DNA of 64,000 nucleotides from an uncultured Chloroflexia bacterium (GTDB lineage: Bacteria; Chloroflexota; Limnocylindria; Limnocylindrales; CSP1-4), in NCBI GenBank assembly GCA_963819655.1, contig CAWFXA010000002.1, forward strand, positions 1,184,001 to 1,248,000, given 5' to 3'. The notes below the pieces were generated by a model. That model ran no database searches and was not told the DNA's origin. It saw nothing but the letters and a program-made list of their open reading frames with translations. Numbering within the stretch: position 1 is the first letter of the stretch; each line of letters starts with the position of its first letter. Both the position numbers and the translations under genes were made by a program. Positions 48,686 through 59,531 of the stretch are shown here, in pieces.

Positions 48686-49606
48686 TCAGCTCCGACGATA
48701 CGGCTTGAGGTAGGCCCCTGGATACGCCACGTTGCGACCCGAGACGGCGAGCGCCGCGATGACGACGAGGTACGGCAGCGCGAGCAGGAGCTCGAACGGG
48801 ACGTCGCCCCAGCCGGGCAGGATCCGGAGGCGAAACTGGAGCGAGTACACGGCCGCGAAGATCAGGGCGCCTGCGACCACCCGCACGATCCGCCAGCGCC
48901 CGAAGATGACGAGGGCGATGGCACACCCAGCCGCGGCCGGCGATGATGTCGAGCGTGAAGCTGCCGAGCAGCGCGAGCGTGATGAATGCGCCGCCGATCG
49001 CCATCAGCGCGCCCCCGAGCATCAGCGCGAGGTAGCGGGTCCGGCCGACGCTGACGCCGGCGGCGTCGGCCGCCTCGGGGTTCTCGCCGACAGCGCGGAT
49101 CTCCAGCCCGAATGACGACCGGTCGAGGAGCCACCAGGCGCCCGGGACGACGACCAGGAAGGCGAGCCACGTCAGGCCGTATTGCGTGAAGAGCGGCGCC
49201 GAGCGGGCCGAGCGGCAACGGGTGCCTCGAGTTGGCGGGAACGGCTCGATCCGCTGGACCTCGGTGCCGCCGAAGATCAAGCCGGTTCGTGAACTCGGAC
49301 AGGCCGATCAGCAGCGATCGTCAGTCCGATGCCCGATACGTGCTGGTTCGCGCCCAGCGTGACCGTCAGCAGTGCCATCAGTGCGCCGGCCAGGAGCCCG
49401 ACCGCGATCGCGGCGGCCAGCCCGAGCAGCAACGATCCCGTCGAGTACGCCACCGCGAAGCCAACGAAGGCTCCGGCGTACATCGTGCCCTCGATGCCGA
49501 GGTTGAGGACGCCCGACCGCTCGGCATACGTCTCACCGACCGTGCCGTACACGAGCGGGGTGGCGTTGCGCAACGTCGCCGCCAGCAGGTCGACGAGGAA
49601 GATCAC
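48686..49606 (-). CDS. Nucleoside/sugar ABC permease 2 (multiple frameshifts)
   Basis: ERSGVLNLGIEG, RAVGENPEAADAAGVSV, AGRGW, LPYLVVI spread over several frames. Confidence 0.8.
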
Positions 49607-50760
49607 GCGCGAGCCTCCTCGTCATCCTGGATCGCGTCGCCGACGACGTCCGACGCCACGCTGTCCGTCACCTCGCCGGCTGCCTCGGGGCTGATCGCGC
49701 CAGCCGCGCGGTTGCGACGGACCGCGAGCAGCGCGACCGTGGTGAGCAGCAGCGTGCCCTGTACGACAGCCCCGAGCTGCGACGGGATGCCGAGCGCGCG
49801 CCCCGCGGAGCTCGCCCCGACGGCCAGGTCGCCCAGGAACAGGGCCGCGAGGCCGACGCCCGGCATCGTCAGCGCGCCCAGCGTCGCGACGACGATGCCC
49901 GTGTAGCCGTAGCCGGGCGAGAGCCCCGACGTGAGTCGGTACTGGATGCCCGCCACCTCGCTGACGCCCGCGATCCCCGCGATGGCACCGCTCACCAGTG
50001 CTGCGACGAGCAGCGTCCGGGAGACGTCGATGCCGGCGAACCGGGCACCGTGCGGGCTCAGCCCGACCGCCCGCAGCCGCAGGCCTGCCGGCGTCCGCGC
50101 AGACGACGTACCACGACTGCGACCAAGACGAGGACCGCCACGAGGAAGCCGAGGTGGAGCCGGGAGCGATCGAGGAGCTGCGGGAACTCGGCGGTCTCGA
50201 CGATGCGCGGCGACTCGGGAAACCCAGTGACGGGGTCGCGCCACGGGCCGTGGAGCGAGCGCGTTGACGACCAGCAGCGCGACGGGGTTGAGGAGCAGTG
50301 TCGTGACGACCTCGTCGATGCCGAAGCGGACGCGCAGCAGCGCCGGGCACGAGCGCCCACAGCGCGCCGGCGAGCGCTCCACCGACGATCATCAGCGGGA
50401 CGGCGACGAGCGGCGGCAGCCCCCGACGAGCTGGCCGATCGCCCGCGGCGGCGATCGCGCCGACGAGCAGCTGGCCCTCGGCGCCGATGTTCCAGTAGCC
50501 GGCGCGGAAGGCGATGGCCACCGCGGCGCCGGTGAACAGGATCGGCGTGGCGCGACGAGGACCTCGAGCAGGCGGAAGCGCGAGGTCAGGGGCACGATGA
50601 GGAACTCGGCGTACGCCTCGATCGGGTTCGCGCCCGCCAACGCGATCGGGCCCGCGGTGAGAGCGAACGTGATGAGGATCGCCAGGACGACCAGACCCGG
50701 CGTCGACCACGGTGACGCCGATGACGCGGCCCGCGGCATCGAACGACGGGATCCCGTCAC
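49603..50760 (-). CDS. Nucleoside/sugar ABC permease 1 (multiple frameshifts)
   Basis: [45 protein letters not shown] across frames. Confidence 0.8.
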
Positions 50761-52300
50761 GCGGCTTGCCCGTCGGGCGCCGCGTCCCGTCCGGCCATGA
50801 GCATGCCCAAGGCGCTCCGGGTCGGCCTCGGCCGCGCGCATCTCGCCGACGATCTGCGCCCTCGTACAGGACGACGAGCCGGTCGGACAGCGCCAGGAGC
50901 TCGTCGAGGTCCTCCGAGACGAGCAGGATCGCGGCTCCCCGCGGCGCGTCGGGCGAGGAGCTCGCGAGCGCACGTACTCGGTCGCCCCGACATCGAGCCC
51001 TCGCGTGGGCTGCGACACGACGATGACACGCGGGTCGCGCGACAGGACGCGCGCCAGGAGCACCTTCTGGATGTTGCCGCCCGACAGCGTCGCGACGGCG
51101 GTCGTTGGGCCGGGCACGGATGGCGAAGCGATCGATGAGCTCCGCGCGCATGCGCGTCGATCCGTCGCTCGTCGAGTCGCGGCCGCAGCCGCCGAAATCG
51201 TCGATCTGCTCCAGGACGAGGTTGAGCGCGACCGACAGGTCCGGGACGAGGCTCGCATGTCGGTCCTCCGGGATGCGCCCGACACCGGCCGCCATCGACG
51301 CGGCCGGGGATCGCGCCGGCCAGCTCGACGCCGTCGACGAGGATGCGACCCGTCCGTCGGGCCGGCGCATCCCGGACAGCACCTCGACGAGCTCGGTCTG
51401 GCCGTTGCCCGAGACGCCGGCGACGCCAAGGATCTCGCCCGCGGCGACATCGAGCGAGACGCCTCGGACGGCGCCGGCAGCCCGCGCCCCGAAGCGCGCA
51501 GGTCGCGAACGCGGAGCACCGCGTCCCCGGTCGTGGTCTCGTCGTCGTCTGTCCGGTGAACGCCGAACGTCGGCCGCCCGACCATCATCCGGGCGAGCTC
51601 GCGCTCGTCGGTCGTCGCCCGGGGCGGTCCCGACCAGCGATCCCGTCGCGCAGGACGCTGACGCGGTCGCTGATGGCCCGCACCTCCGCCAGCTTGTGGC
51701 TGATGAAGACGACCGCGAGGCCATCGGCGACGAGTCGCCGCAGCGTCGCGAACAGGGCGTCGACCTCGTGCGGCACGAGCACCGCGGTGGGCTCGTCGAG
51801 GATGAGCACCCGGCAGTCTCGCGCCAGCGCCTTGAGGATCTCGACACGCTGCTGCTCGCCCGACCGACAGGTCTCCGACGCGGGCCGCCGGATCGACGCT
51901 GATTCCGAATCGCTCCGAGGCGTCGGCGACCATGCCTCCGCGCGGCGTCCAGGTCGAGTCGGATGCCGCTCGCCGCCCGAGCGCGAGGTTCTCGGCGACC
52001 GTCATCGGGCGCGACGAGCGAGAAGTGCTGGGTGACCATCCCGATCCCGGCCGCGATCGCGTCGCGCGGCGAGCGCATCGCGACTGGCCTGCCGTCGATG
52101 CGGATCTCGCCGGCGTCGGCAGCGGTCAGCCCGTACAGGATGCGCATCAGCGTCGTCTTGCCCGCGCCGTTCTCGCCGAGCAGGGCATGGACCTCGCCGC
52201 GGCCGACGTCGAGGTCGACGCTCGTCGTTGGCGACGAGGTCCCCGAACCGCTTGGTGATCCCCGCGCGGAGCTCGACGATCGGCGTCCGAGGGCGCCGGG
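50757..52300 (-). CDS. Nucleoside/sugar ABC ATPase with two NBDs (multiple frameshifts; start approximate)
   Basis: [74 protein letters not shown]. Confidence 0.8.
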
Positions 52301-52309
52301 ATCCGACCG

Positions 52310-53408
52310 GTCGGCCGTCGAGCCGGCGCCGGCAACGGTCGCGACCCGGGCGGCTCGCCTCGTTGATGTCGACCCGGAACGTCCCGGACTTGATCGCCTG
52401 CTCTTTCTCCTGGACCTTCGTCAGGAGGTCCGGTGGCACGCCGCCGGCGACGGCCGCGTTGACCTCGGCGAGGGCGGCCCCACCCTTGGCGACCATGCTG
52501 AAGTCCTTGAGGTCCTGGGCGGTGTATGACCCGGCCAGGACCTGGTCGATGACGTACTCGACCGTCGGAGTCATGTTCCAGGTCACGCTGGTCACGACGT
52601 TCTGTGGCGCGAGCTCCTTCTGGTCGCTCATGTTGCCGATCGCGACCAGGTCGTTCTCGGCCGCGGCCTCGATGACCCCGAAGCGCTCGGCGAACAGGAC
52701 GTCGGCCCCTGCACCGATCTGCGCGAGGGCAGCCTCCTTCGCGGTCGCCGGATCGAACCAGCTGTTGAGGAACGTGACCTTGACCTCGACGTTCGGGTTG
52801 GTCTCCCTGCGCGCCCTGCGATGAAGGCGTTGATGATGCGGTTGACCTCGGGGACCGGGTATCCGCCGACGACGCCGAGCGTGTTCGATTTCGTCAGACC
52901 GCCGGCGAGCATCCCCGCGAGGTAGGCCGGCTCATGGATCCAGTTGTCGAACACCGAGAAGTTCGGTTCTGCCGGGCCGCCGCCCGACCCGAAGACGAAG
53001 GCGATGTCCGGATAGTCGGCGGCCACGCGACGCGCGGCTTCCTCGTTGCCGAAGGCGTCGCCGAAGATGATGTCCGGCTGATCTCGTCTCTGCGACCTCC
53101 CGCAGGACGCGCTCCATGTCGCCGGAGTAGCCGATCGCGTCCGTGAACGAGTACTCGATCCGACCATCTGCCTTCTCGCCCTCGAGGGCCGTATGGATGA
53201 CGCCGTCCCATGGCTCCTCGATCTCGGTGGCGAACGCACCGAAGACCTTGATCGACCCGGCGGCGGCGCTTGGTGCCGCGCTTGCCACCTGGCTCGCCGC
53301 CTCACTTGCGGGCGGCGTGGTCGCACTGGGCGACGCCCCACCACAGGCGACGACGATCGTGGCCGACACGATGGCGAGCACGAGAGAGCGACGACGATGA
53401 CCGATCAT
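52310..53408 (-). CDS. BMP family ABC substrate-binding lipoprotein (frameshifted; 3' end approximate)
   Basis: Lipobox IVVAC after SD GGAGGAGG; [31 protein letters not shown]....P..VVTSV.WN. Confidence 0.82.
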
Positions 53409-53460
53409 GGCCTCCTCCTGCCTCCAGCTCACCGCCGTCCACACCCATCCGACGGTCCGG

Positions 53461-53539
53461 CTGCTGGCCTTCTCGGGTCGCGTCGCCTCCGGATCGGGCG
53501 CTCCGGCTCGGAGTGACCGCCGCGACCCTTCGTCAGCAG
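53461..53539 (-). ncRNA. Candidate structured 5' leader (orphan riboswitch-like) of the BMP operon
   Basis: Nested stems CTGCTG/CAGCAG and GGGTCGCG/CGCGACCC enclosing two hairpins. Confidence 0.35.
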
Positions 53540-53593
53540 ATCGCGAACGGAAAGCTGCGAGCCGCGCGGTGTCCCGGCGCAACGGCTGGCCGA

Positions 53594-53622
53594 AGTGTCG
53601 GTCTCGGTCCGGGTAGTGTCAA
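53594..53622 (-). promoter_or_regulatory. sigma70-type promoter of the BMP ABC operon
   Basis: TTGACA (53622-53617), 17-bp spacer, GACACT (53599-53594). Confidence 0.6.
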
Positions 53623-53712
53623 ACCGCCGATCCTCTTGCTCGACCCGGACCGTCCACGTTCCCGCGGGCTACCATGCGAGGCGATGCGCGTCCCCCGTCA
53701 CGAGCCCGGCCG

Positions 53713-54984
53713 ATGAGCCATCCGCCGCTGCGCGTCGCGGTCCTCGGGGCCGGGACGGTCGGCGGTGCCGTGCTCGAGGGACTGACCCACCACACCGAGC
53801 GACTGGCGACCGCTGACGGTCGGTCGATCACGCTGACCGCGGTCGCCGTGCGCGATCTCGACAAGGCGCGCGGGAACGGGTTTCCCGCCGACCTCCTGAC
53901 CGACGCGCCCGCGCATCTCGTTGCCGATCCCGAAACCGACGTCATCGTCGAGCTGATGGGTGGCATCGAGCCTGCCCGGACGCTCATCGCGGCCGCGCTC
54001 TCCGCCGGGAAGCCGGTGGTCACCGCCAACAAGTCGTTGATCGCTCATCACGGGCCGGAGCTGGAGTCGGCGGCGCGCCGGAACGGTACCGCGTTTCGGT
54101 TCGAGGCCGCCGTCGCCGGTGGGATCCCAGTGCTCGGGCCGCTCGCCGCGGACCTGGCCGCCAACGAGATCGTCCGAGTCCGCGGCATCGTCAACGGGAC
54201 GACGAACTACATCCTGACCGCGATGGCCGATGACGGCCGGCCGTACGACGAAGTCCTCGCCGATGCGCAGGAACTGGGCTACGCGGAGGCCGACCCGGCC
54301 GGCGACGTCGAGGGCGACGACGCGGTCAACAAGCTCGTGATCCTTGCGCGGCTCGCATTCGGCCGATGGCTCGATCCGTCGACTGTCGGGCGGCGACCCC
54401 CGACCGCTCGTGGCATGGGAAGGCCGGGGATCACCGGCGTGACCGATCACGAGTCGGAGGGAGCGGCGGCGCTCGGGCTGACGATCAAGCTCCTCGCGAG
54501 CGCATCGCGTCGCGGCGACGCGATCGAGGCGGCCGTGATCCCGACCGCCGTCCCGGCCGACAGCCCATTCGGCTGGACGGACGGCGTCACCAACCGCATC
54601 GAGGTCGAGGCCTTGCCGCTCGGCACTGTCGGTCTCGCCGGTCCCGGCGCCGGCGGAGCCGCCACGAGCAGCGCGGTCCTCGGCGACCTCATCGCGGTCG
54701 CGCGCGGACAAGGTTCCACCTGGGCTGGGCTCCTTCCCGCCACGGGCGCCGCGATCCCGGCTGTCGACCCGCTCGACGCGCCCCGTCGCTGGTTCGCCTT
54801 CCTGGGCGCCGTCCGATCGAGCGACGGAGAGCTGCCAGCCGCCATCGGCCGAGCAGCGTCGGTCGACTTCGACGACGGCACGGCGATCCGGACCGATGTC
54901 GTGACGTTGGCCGATGCGCAGGTTGCGTTCGATGCCGTCCTGCCGGACGGTGCGGACGTAACGCTGTATCCGGTCGATGACTGA
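53713..54984 (+). CDS. hom: Homoserine dehydrogenase
   Basis: [60 protein letters not shown]. Confidence 0.94.
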   Translation: MSHPPLRVAVLGAGTVGGAVLEGLTHHTERLATADGRSITLTAVAVRDLDKARGNGFPADLLTDAPAHLVADPETDVIVELMGGIEPARTLIAAALSAGKPVVTANKSLIAHHGPELESAARRNGTAFRFEAAVAGGIPVLGPLAADLAANEIVRVRGIVNGTTNYILTAMADDGRPYDEVLADAQELGYAEADPAGDVEGDDAVNKLVILARLAFGRWLDPSTVGRRPPTARGMGRPGITGVTDHESEGAAALGLTIKLLASASRRGDAIEAAVIPTAVPADSPFGWTDGVTNRIEVEALPLGTVGLAGPGAGGAATSSAVLGDLIAVARGQGSTWAGLLPATGAAIPAVDPLDAPRRWFAFLGAVRSSDGELPAAIGRAASVDFDDGTAIRTDVVTLADAQVAFDAVLPDGADVTLYPVDD

Positions 54985-56068
54985 GGCGGCGATGGCGGCA
55001 GACTCCGGCTTGCGGCCGCGGCTCATGGACCGCTATCGCCGATTCCTGCCGATCACCGACGCGACGCCCTCCCTCAGCCTCGGCGAGGGCGCGACTCCTC
55101 TGGTCCGGGCAGGGCGGTTGGCGCGGTCGATCGGCCTGCGGAACCTGTACCTGAAGGTCGAAGGCCAGAACCCGACGGGGTCGTTCAAGGACCGCGGCAT
55201 GGTCGTGGCCGTCGCCAAGGCGATCGAGAGCGGCGCGCGGGCCATCGTCTGTGCGTCGACCGGGAATACCTCCGCGTCGGCCGCTGCGTACGGCGCCGCC
55301 GCCGGCCTCGAGGTCATCGTCGTGTTGCCGCGTGGCCAGATCGCGCTCGGCAAGCTGCTGCAGGCGCTCGCAGCCGGCGCACGCGTCATCGCGGTCGACG
55401 GCAACTTCGACGACGCCCTGCGCATCGTGCGCGCCCTGGCCGAGCAGGACGAGCATCCCGTGACGCTGGTCAACTCGGTCAACCCGTTCCGCCTCGACGG
55501 GCAGAAGACCGCCGCGTTCGAGGTCTGCGACGACCTGGGCCGGGCACCCGACATCCTGGCCATCCCGGTCGGCAACGCCGGCAACATCAGCGCGTACTGG
55601 GCAGGCTTTCGCGAGTACGCCGATGCCGGGCTGACGCGCTCGACGCCCGCGATGTGGGGCTTCCAGGCAGCCGGCGCCGCGCCGCTCGTGTACGGGCGCC
55701 GCGTCGAGCGTCCGGAGACCGTCGCGACGGCGATCCGGATCGGCGCGCCTGCGTCGTGGGACAAGGCCATCGCGGCCCGCGACGAGAGCGGTGGTCGCAT
55801 CGAAGCGGTCACCGATGACGAGATCCTCAGCGCGTATCGCGACCTTGCGACCCTCGAAGGCGTGTTCTGCGAGCCCGCCTCGGCGGCGAGCATCGCCGGA
55901 CTGCGCAAGATGGCCGCGGCCGCCAAGCTCGACCCTGACGCGACCGTCGTGGCGGTCCTCACCGGTCACGGTCTCAAGGACCCGCAGACCGCCGAGCGCC
56001 AGGTGCCTGGAGTGATCGAGACCGCCCCGACGCTCGGGGCCGTGGCCGTCGCGCTGGGCTGGAGCTGA
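54977..56068 (+). CDS. thrC: Threonine synthase
   Basis: [53 protein letters not shown]. Confidence 0.95.
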   Translation: MTEAAMAADSGLRPRLMDRYRRFLPITDATPSLSLGEGATPLVRAGRLARSIGLRNLYLKVEGQNPTGSFKDRGMVVAVAKAIESGARAIVCASTGNTSASAAAYGAAAGLEVIVVLPRGQIALGKLLQALAAGARVIAVDGNFDDALRIVRALAEQDEHPVTLVNSVNPFRLDGQKTAAFEVCDDLGRAPDILAIPVGNAGNISAYWAGFREYADAGLTRSTPAMWGFQAAGAAPLVYGRRVERPETVATAIRIGAPASWDKAIAARDESGGRIEAVTDDEILSAYRDLATLEGVFCEPASAASIAGLRKMAAAAKLDPDATVVAVLTGHGLKDPQTAERQVPGVIETAPTLGAVAVALGWS

Positions 56069-56071
56069 TCG

Positions 56072-57037
56072 ATGGTCGCCCACTGGCTCGCCGAGCTCGA
56101 CGGTCGCCGCGTCACGGTCGAAGTCCCGGCGTCATCGGCCAACCTGGGCGCGGGCTACGACTGCCTCGGCGTGGCGCTGGCACTGACGAACCAGATCGAG
56201 GTCGAGGTCCGCGGCTGGAGTCGCGGCCTGATCGAGCTCACCATCGAGGGCGAGGGCCGCGAGGAGCTGACCGAGGACCGGGACAACCGCTTCGTCCGGG
56301 GGCTCGAGGCGGCGATGGGCGCTGCCCGCGGCGAGCTGCCGGAGGGCGTCGGCTGGCGGATCGCGATGCGCAACGGCATCCCGTTCGCGCGTGGGCTCGG
56401 GTCTTCGGCCGCCGCGACCGTGGCCGGCATCGTGGCCGCGAATGCGCTTCTCGGCGAGCCGCTGGACATGGCGGCGCAGCTCCGGATCGCGGCCGGCATC
56501 GAGGGCCACCCGGACAACGCGGCCGCGGCTCTGCTCGGCGGCTTCGTGGCCTCCGCCGCGACGGCCGACGGTGTCGAGGCGATCCGCGTCGATACCACCC
56601 GCGACCTGCGGGCCGTGCTGTTCATCCCGGAGCGCCGCCTGCCGACCGAGGCGATGCGCAAGGCCCTGCCCGCGACGATCCCGCTCGAGGACGCGGTCGC
56701 GAACCTGGGAGCCGTGGCCCTCGGCGTGGCGGGGCTCGCCACCGGTCGGACCGACATGCTTGCCCGGCTCACCGTGGACCGGATCCACGAGCCATATCGG
56801 GCCAAGGTCTACCCCGAAATGCCGCGGATGGTGGCGGCCGCCCGCGAGGCCGGCGCCCTCGGCGCCTGTCTGTCCGGCGCGGGCTCGACGATCATCGCCT
56901 TCGCGGACTCCATGTCGCAGATCTCGCGGATCGAGGCGGCATTCGTTGCTGTCGCGGCGGACAGCGACCTCGATGGTCAAGTCGTCGTCGTCCAGCCGCG
57001 CAACGCGGGTGCCAAGGTCATCGACACGGGCCGCTGA
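56072..57037 (+). CDS. thrB: Homoserine kinase
   Basis: PASSANLGAGYD, IPFARGLGSSA, EGHPDN, LSGAGST. Confidence 0.94.
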   Translation: MVAHWLAELDGRRVTVEVPASSANLGAGYDCLGVALALTNQIEVEVRGWSRGLIELTIEGEGREELTEDRDNRFVRGLEAAMGAARGELPEGVGWRIAMRNGIPFARGLGSSAAATVAGIVAANALLGEPLDMAAQLRIAAGIEGHPDNAAAALLGGFVASAATADGVEAIRVDTTRDLRAVLFIPERRLPTEAMRKALPATIPLEDAVANLGAVALGVAGLATGRTDMLARLTVDRIHEPYRAKVYPEMPRMVAAAREAGALGACLSGAGSTIIAFADSMSQISRIEAAFVAVAADSDLDGQVVVVQPRNAGAKVIDTGR

Positions 57038-57222
57038 TGGACGACCTCGGCTCGACGGTCGGCAACGGCATCACGGGCCTCGTCGGCGGGGCGTTCGAGG
57101 CCATCGGCTCGGCGTTGCGCGGCATCGTGGCCGCGGGTGAAAGAGCTCTCCCCAACGGCCTGCTGTGGGCCGTGGTGTTCGTGGTGCTCGTGATCGCAGC
57201 GTGGACCCTGGCCAAGCGCTAA
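57037..57222 (+). CDS. Small membrane protein (61 aa)
   Basis: ATG overlaps thrB TGA; C-terminal TM helix ending KR; GC3-rich codons. Confidence 0.6.
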   Translation: MDDLGSTVGNGITGLVGGAFEAIGSALRGIVAAGERALPNGLLWAVVFVVLVIAAWTLAKR

Positions 57223-57229
57223 GGCCCGA

Positions 57230-57991
57230 TCACCCGCCGGTCTGCGCCTCGATGAACGCCAGGACCTCGTCCCACGCGGCGGCGCTCTGCGGCGCGAACT
57301 CCTTCGCCTTCCGGTCGAAGAAGCTGTGTGGCGCTCCGGGATACGTCACGATCCGGCGGTCGATGCCGCGCTCGGCCAGGCCCCGATCGAATCCCTCGAT
57401 CGCCTCGGCCGAGATGCCCTGGTCGGCACCGCCGAACAGCCCGAGGACAGGAGACGCGATGTCGTCGATCCGGTCGAGCGGAGCCGGCGCGTCATTCCGC
57501 CACGGCCCTGCCAATGTGCCGTAGAAGCCCATCACCCCCACGAGGTCGAGGCCGAGCGTCGCCGCCAGGAACGACATCCGGCCACCCATGCAGAAACCGA
57601 GCGTGAAGCGCGCCGCGATGCCATCACTGCGAAGCGCCTCGACGCCAGCGGTGATGTCGGCTGAGATGCCGGCCCAGGTGGTCATCTTGACCTGGGGCAT
57701 GTGGTCGAACGCCTCGCCACGGGGCTCATCGCCGGCCGTCCGGCCGAACCAGTCGATCGCGACCGCGTCGATGCCGCGCTCCGCGAACCGCAGCGCGAGC
57801 TCCTCATAGAACGGATGGAGGCCGCGAACGTCGGGCAGGAGGACGACGCCGGCTCCGCCAGGCTCCGCTGGCCGGGCCCGAAAGGCCGTGAACCGGTTGT
57901 CGTCGGCTGCAGTCAGCTCGATGCGTGAGCCGTCGAGGGCGCCTCCGGCGATCGGTGCGATCGGCGGTCGGCTGTCATGGTCGAAGCACAT
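57230..57991 (-). CDS. Dienelactone hydrolase family protein
   Basis: SD GAAGGAG; PDVRGL, GFCMGG, FGGAD, YPGAPHSF. Confidence 0.9.
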   Translation of the reverse strand: MCFDHDSRPPIAPIAGGALDGSRIELTAADDNRFTAFRARPAEPGGAGVVLLPDVRGLHPFYEELALRFAERGIDAVAIDWFGRTAGDEPRGEAFDHMPQVKMTTWAGISADITAGVEALRSDGIAARFTLGFCMGGRMSFLAATLGLDLVGVMGFYGTLAGPWRNDAPAPLDRIDDIASPVLGLFGGADQGISAEAIEGFDRGLAERGIDRRIVTYPGAPHSFFDRKAKEFAPQSAAAWDEVLAFIEAQTGG

Positions 57992-58039
57992 GAGGCGTCT
58001 CTCCTTCGGCTCCGCGGCGGGGCCGGCTCGTCGCGGCTC

Positions 58040-58177
58040 GATACGACGAAATCGTCGCATCTCCCGCCGAGACGGGGGACGTTCGTGCACGGAATGAATA
58101 CCGTGTTCGCCCTGCGCGATCTCGCCCAGGCCCGAATCGCCCGATCTCGACGCAAGATGCGACGAAATCGGCGCATC
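58040..58177. repeat. Second pair of the 22-bp palindrome (58040-58061, 58156-58177)
   Basis: GATACGACGAAATCGTCGCATC and GATGCGACGAAATCGGCGCATC; the latter is identical to 4230-4251. Confidence 0.8.
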
Positions 58178-58244
58178 CCGTAGCGGAGGGCTGCGCCTGG
58201 CCCCGCTCGCGGAGATCACGGAATCCGGCAGTAGAATGCCCCGC

Positions 58245-59507
58245 ATGCCCGGCCCCCTCGTCGTCCAGAAGTACGGCGGCTCATCGGTCGCCGGGGCGGA
58301 CCGGATCAAGCGGGTCGCCCGGCGCATCGCGCGTGAGCGTGCGGCCGGCCATGACCTCGTGATCGTGGTGTCCGCGATGGGCGACACCACCGACGAGCTG
58401 CTCGGTCTCGCAGCGGCCATCACGGATGACCCCGATCCCCGCGAGCTCGACGTCCTCCTCGCAACGGGCGAGCATCAGAGCGCCACGCTCGTGTCGATGG
58501 CGCTTCATGGCATCGGTATCCCGGCCATCAGCCTGACCGGGCCACAGGCGGGCATCACCACCGACGGCACGTACGGCCGGGCACGCATCGCCGGGATCGA
58601 GCCGCGCCGGGTGCGCGCGGAGCTCGAGGGCGGCAAGGTCGTGATCGTCGCCGGCTTCCAGGGGCAGAGCGCGGCCCAGGCCGACGACCAGGAGATGACG
58701 ACGCTCGGCCGTGGCGGCAGCGACACCACCGCGGTGGCCCTCGCGGCGGCGCTGCGCGCCGATCGCTGCCAGATCTTCACCGACGTGCGCGGCATCTTCA
58801 CCGCCGACCCCCGCCTGGTCCCCCAAGCGCGCCAGCTGCCGCTCATCGGCTACGAGGAGATGCTCGAGCTTGCCCACCAGGGCGCCCAGGTCATGCAGGT
58901 CCGGGCAGTCGAGCTGGGCTGGATCAACGAGGTCGTCATCGAGGTCCTGAGCTCGTTCGAGGACGCGCCGGGCACTCTCATCAAGGAGGATCCGCTCGTG
59001 GAACAGCGCAACAAGGTCCGCGGGCTCGCCCACGACCGGAACGTCGCCAAGGTCACTGTCGTGGCGGTCCCGGACCGGCCGGGCATCGCGCGGGCGATCT
59101 TCGATCCGCTGGCCGCGGCCGGGGTCAACATCGACATGATCGTGCAGAACGTCGGCCACGGCGGCGAGACCGACCTGTCATTCACTGTCCCGGAGGTCGA
59201 GCTGGGGAAGGCGAAGAAGACCCTCGAGCCGGTCGTCCGCGAGCTGGGCGCCCGCGAGCTGACGACCGATGCATCCGTCGCCAAGGTGAGCATCGTCGGG
59301 GCCGGGCTGCACAACTCCCCGGGCTACGCCGCCCGGATGTTCGGCACTCTGGCCGACGCCAAGGTCAACATCGAGATGATCTCGACGTCCGAGGTGCGGA
59401 TCACCTGCATGATCGCCGAGGACGAGCTCGAGATCGCATTACGCGCGCTGCACGAGGCGTTCGAGCTCGAGCGGCCGGAGCCCGTCGAGGTCGCGGCGGC
59501 CGGCTGA
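58245..59507 (+). CDS. lysC: Aspartate kinase with two ACT domains
   Basis: VQKYGGSSV, VSAMGDTTD, TTLGRGGSDTTAV, TDV.GIFTADPR, ISTSEVRIT. Confidence 0.95.
   Translation: MPGPLVVQKYGGSSVAGADRIKRVARRIARERAAGHDLVIVVSAMGDTTDELLGLAAAITDDPDPRELDVLLATGEHQSATLVSMALHGIGIPAISLTGPQAGITTDGTYGRARIAGIEPRRVRAELEGGKVVIVAGFQGQSAAQADDQEMTTLGRGGSDTTAVALAAALRADRCQIFTDVRGIFTADPRLVPQARQLPLIGYEEMLELAHQGAQVMQVRAVELGWINEVVIEVLSSFEDAPGTLIKEDPLVEQRNKVRGLAHDRNVAKVTVVAVPDRPGIARAIFDPLAAAGVNIDMIVQNVGHGGETDLSFTVPEVELGKAKKTLEPVVRELGARELTTDASVAKVSIVGAGLHNSPGYAARMFGTLADAKVNIEMISTSEVRITCMIAEDELEIALRALHEAFELERPEPVEVAAAG
58998..59507 (+). CDS. Probable in-frame aspartate kinase beta subunit
   Basis: Internal SD AAGGAGG (58983-58989) 8 nt before in-frame GTG at codon 252, at the kinase/ACT boundary. 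Confidence 0.6.
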   Translation: MEQRNKVRGLAHDRNVAKVTVVAVPDRPGIARAIFDPLAAAGVNIDMIVQNVGHGGETDLSFTVPEVELGKAKKTLEPVVRELGARELTTDASVAKVSIVGAGLHNSPGYAARMFGTLADAKVNIEMISTSEVRITCMIAEDELEIALRALHEAFELERPEPVEVAAAG

Positions 59508-59531
59508 CCGCCGTCCCCTCGCTTGCCCACG

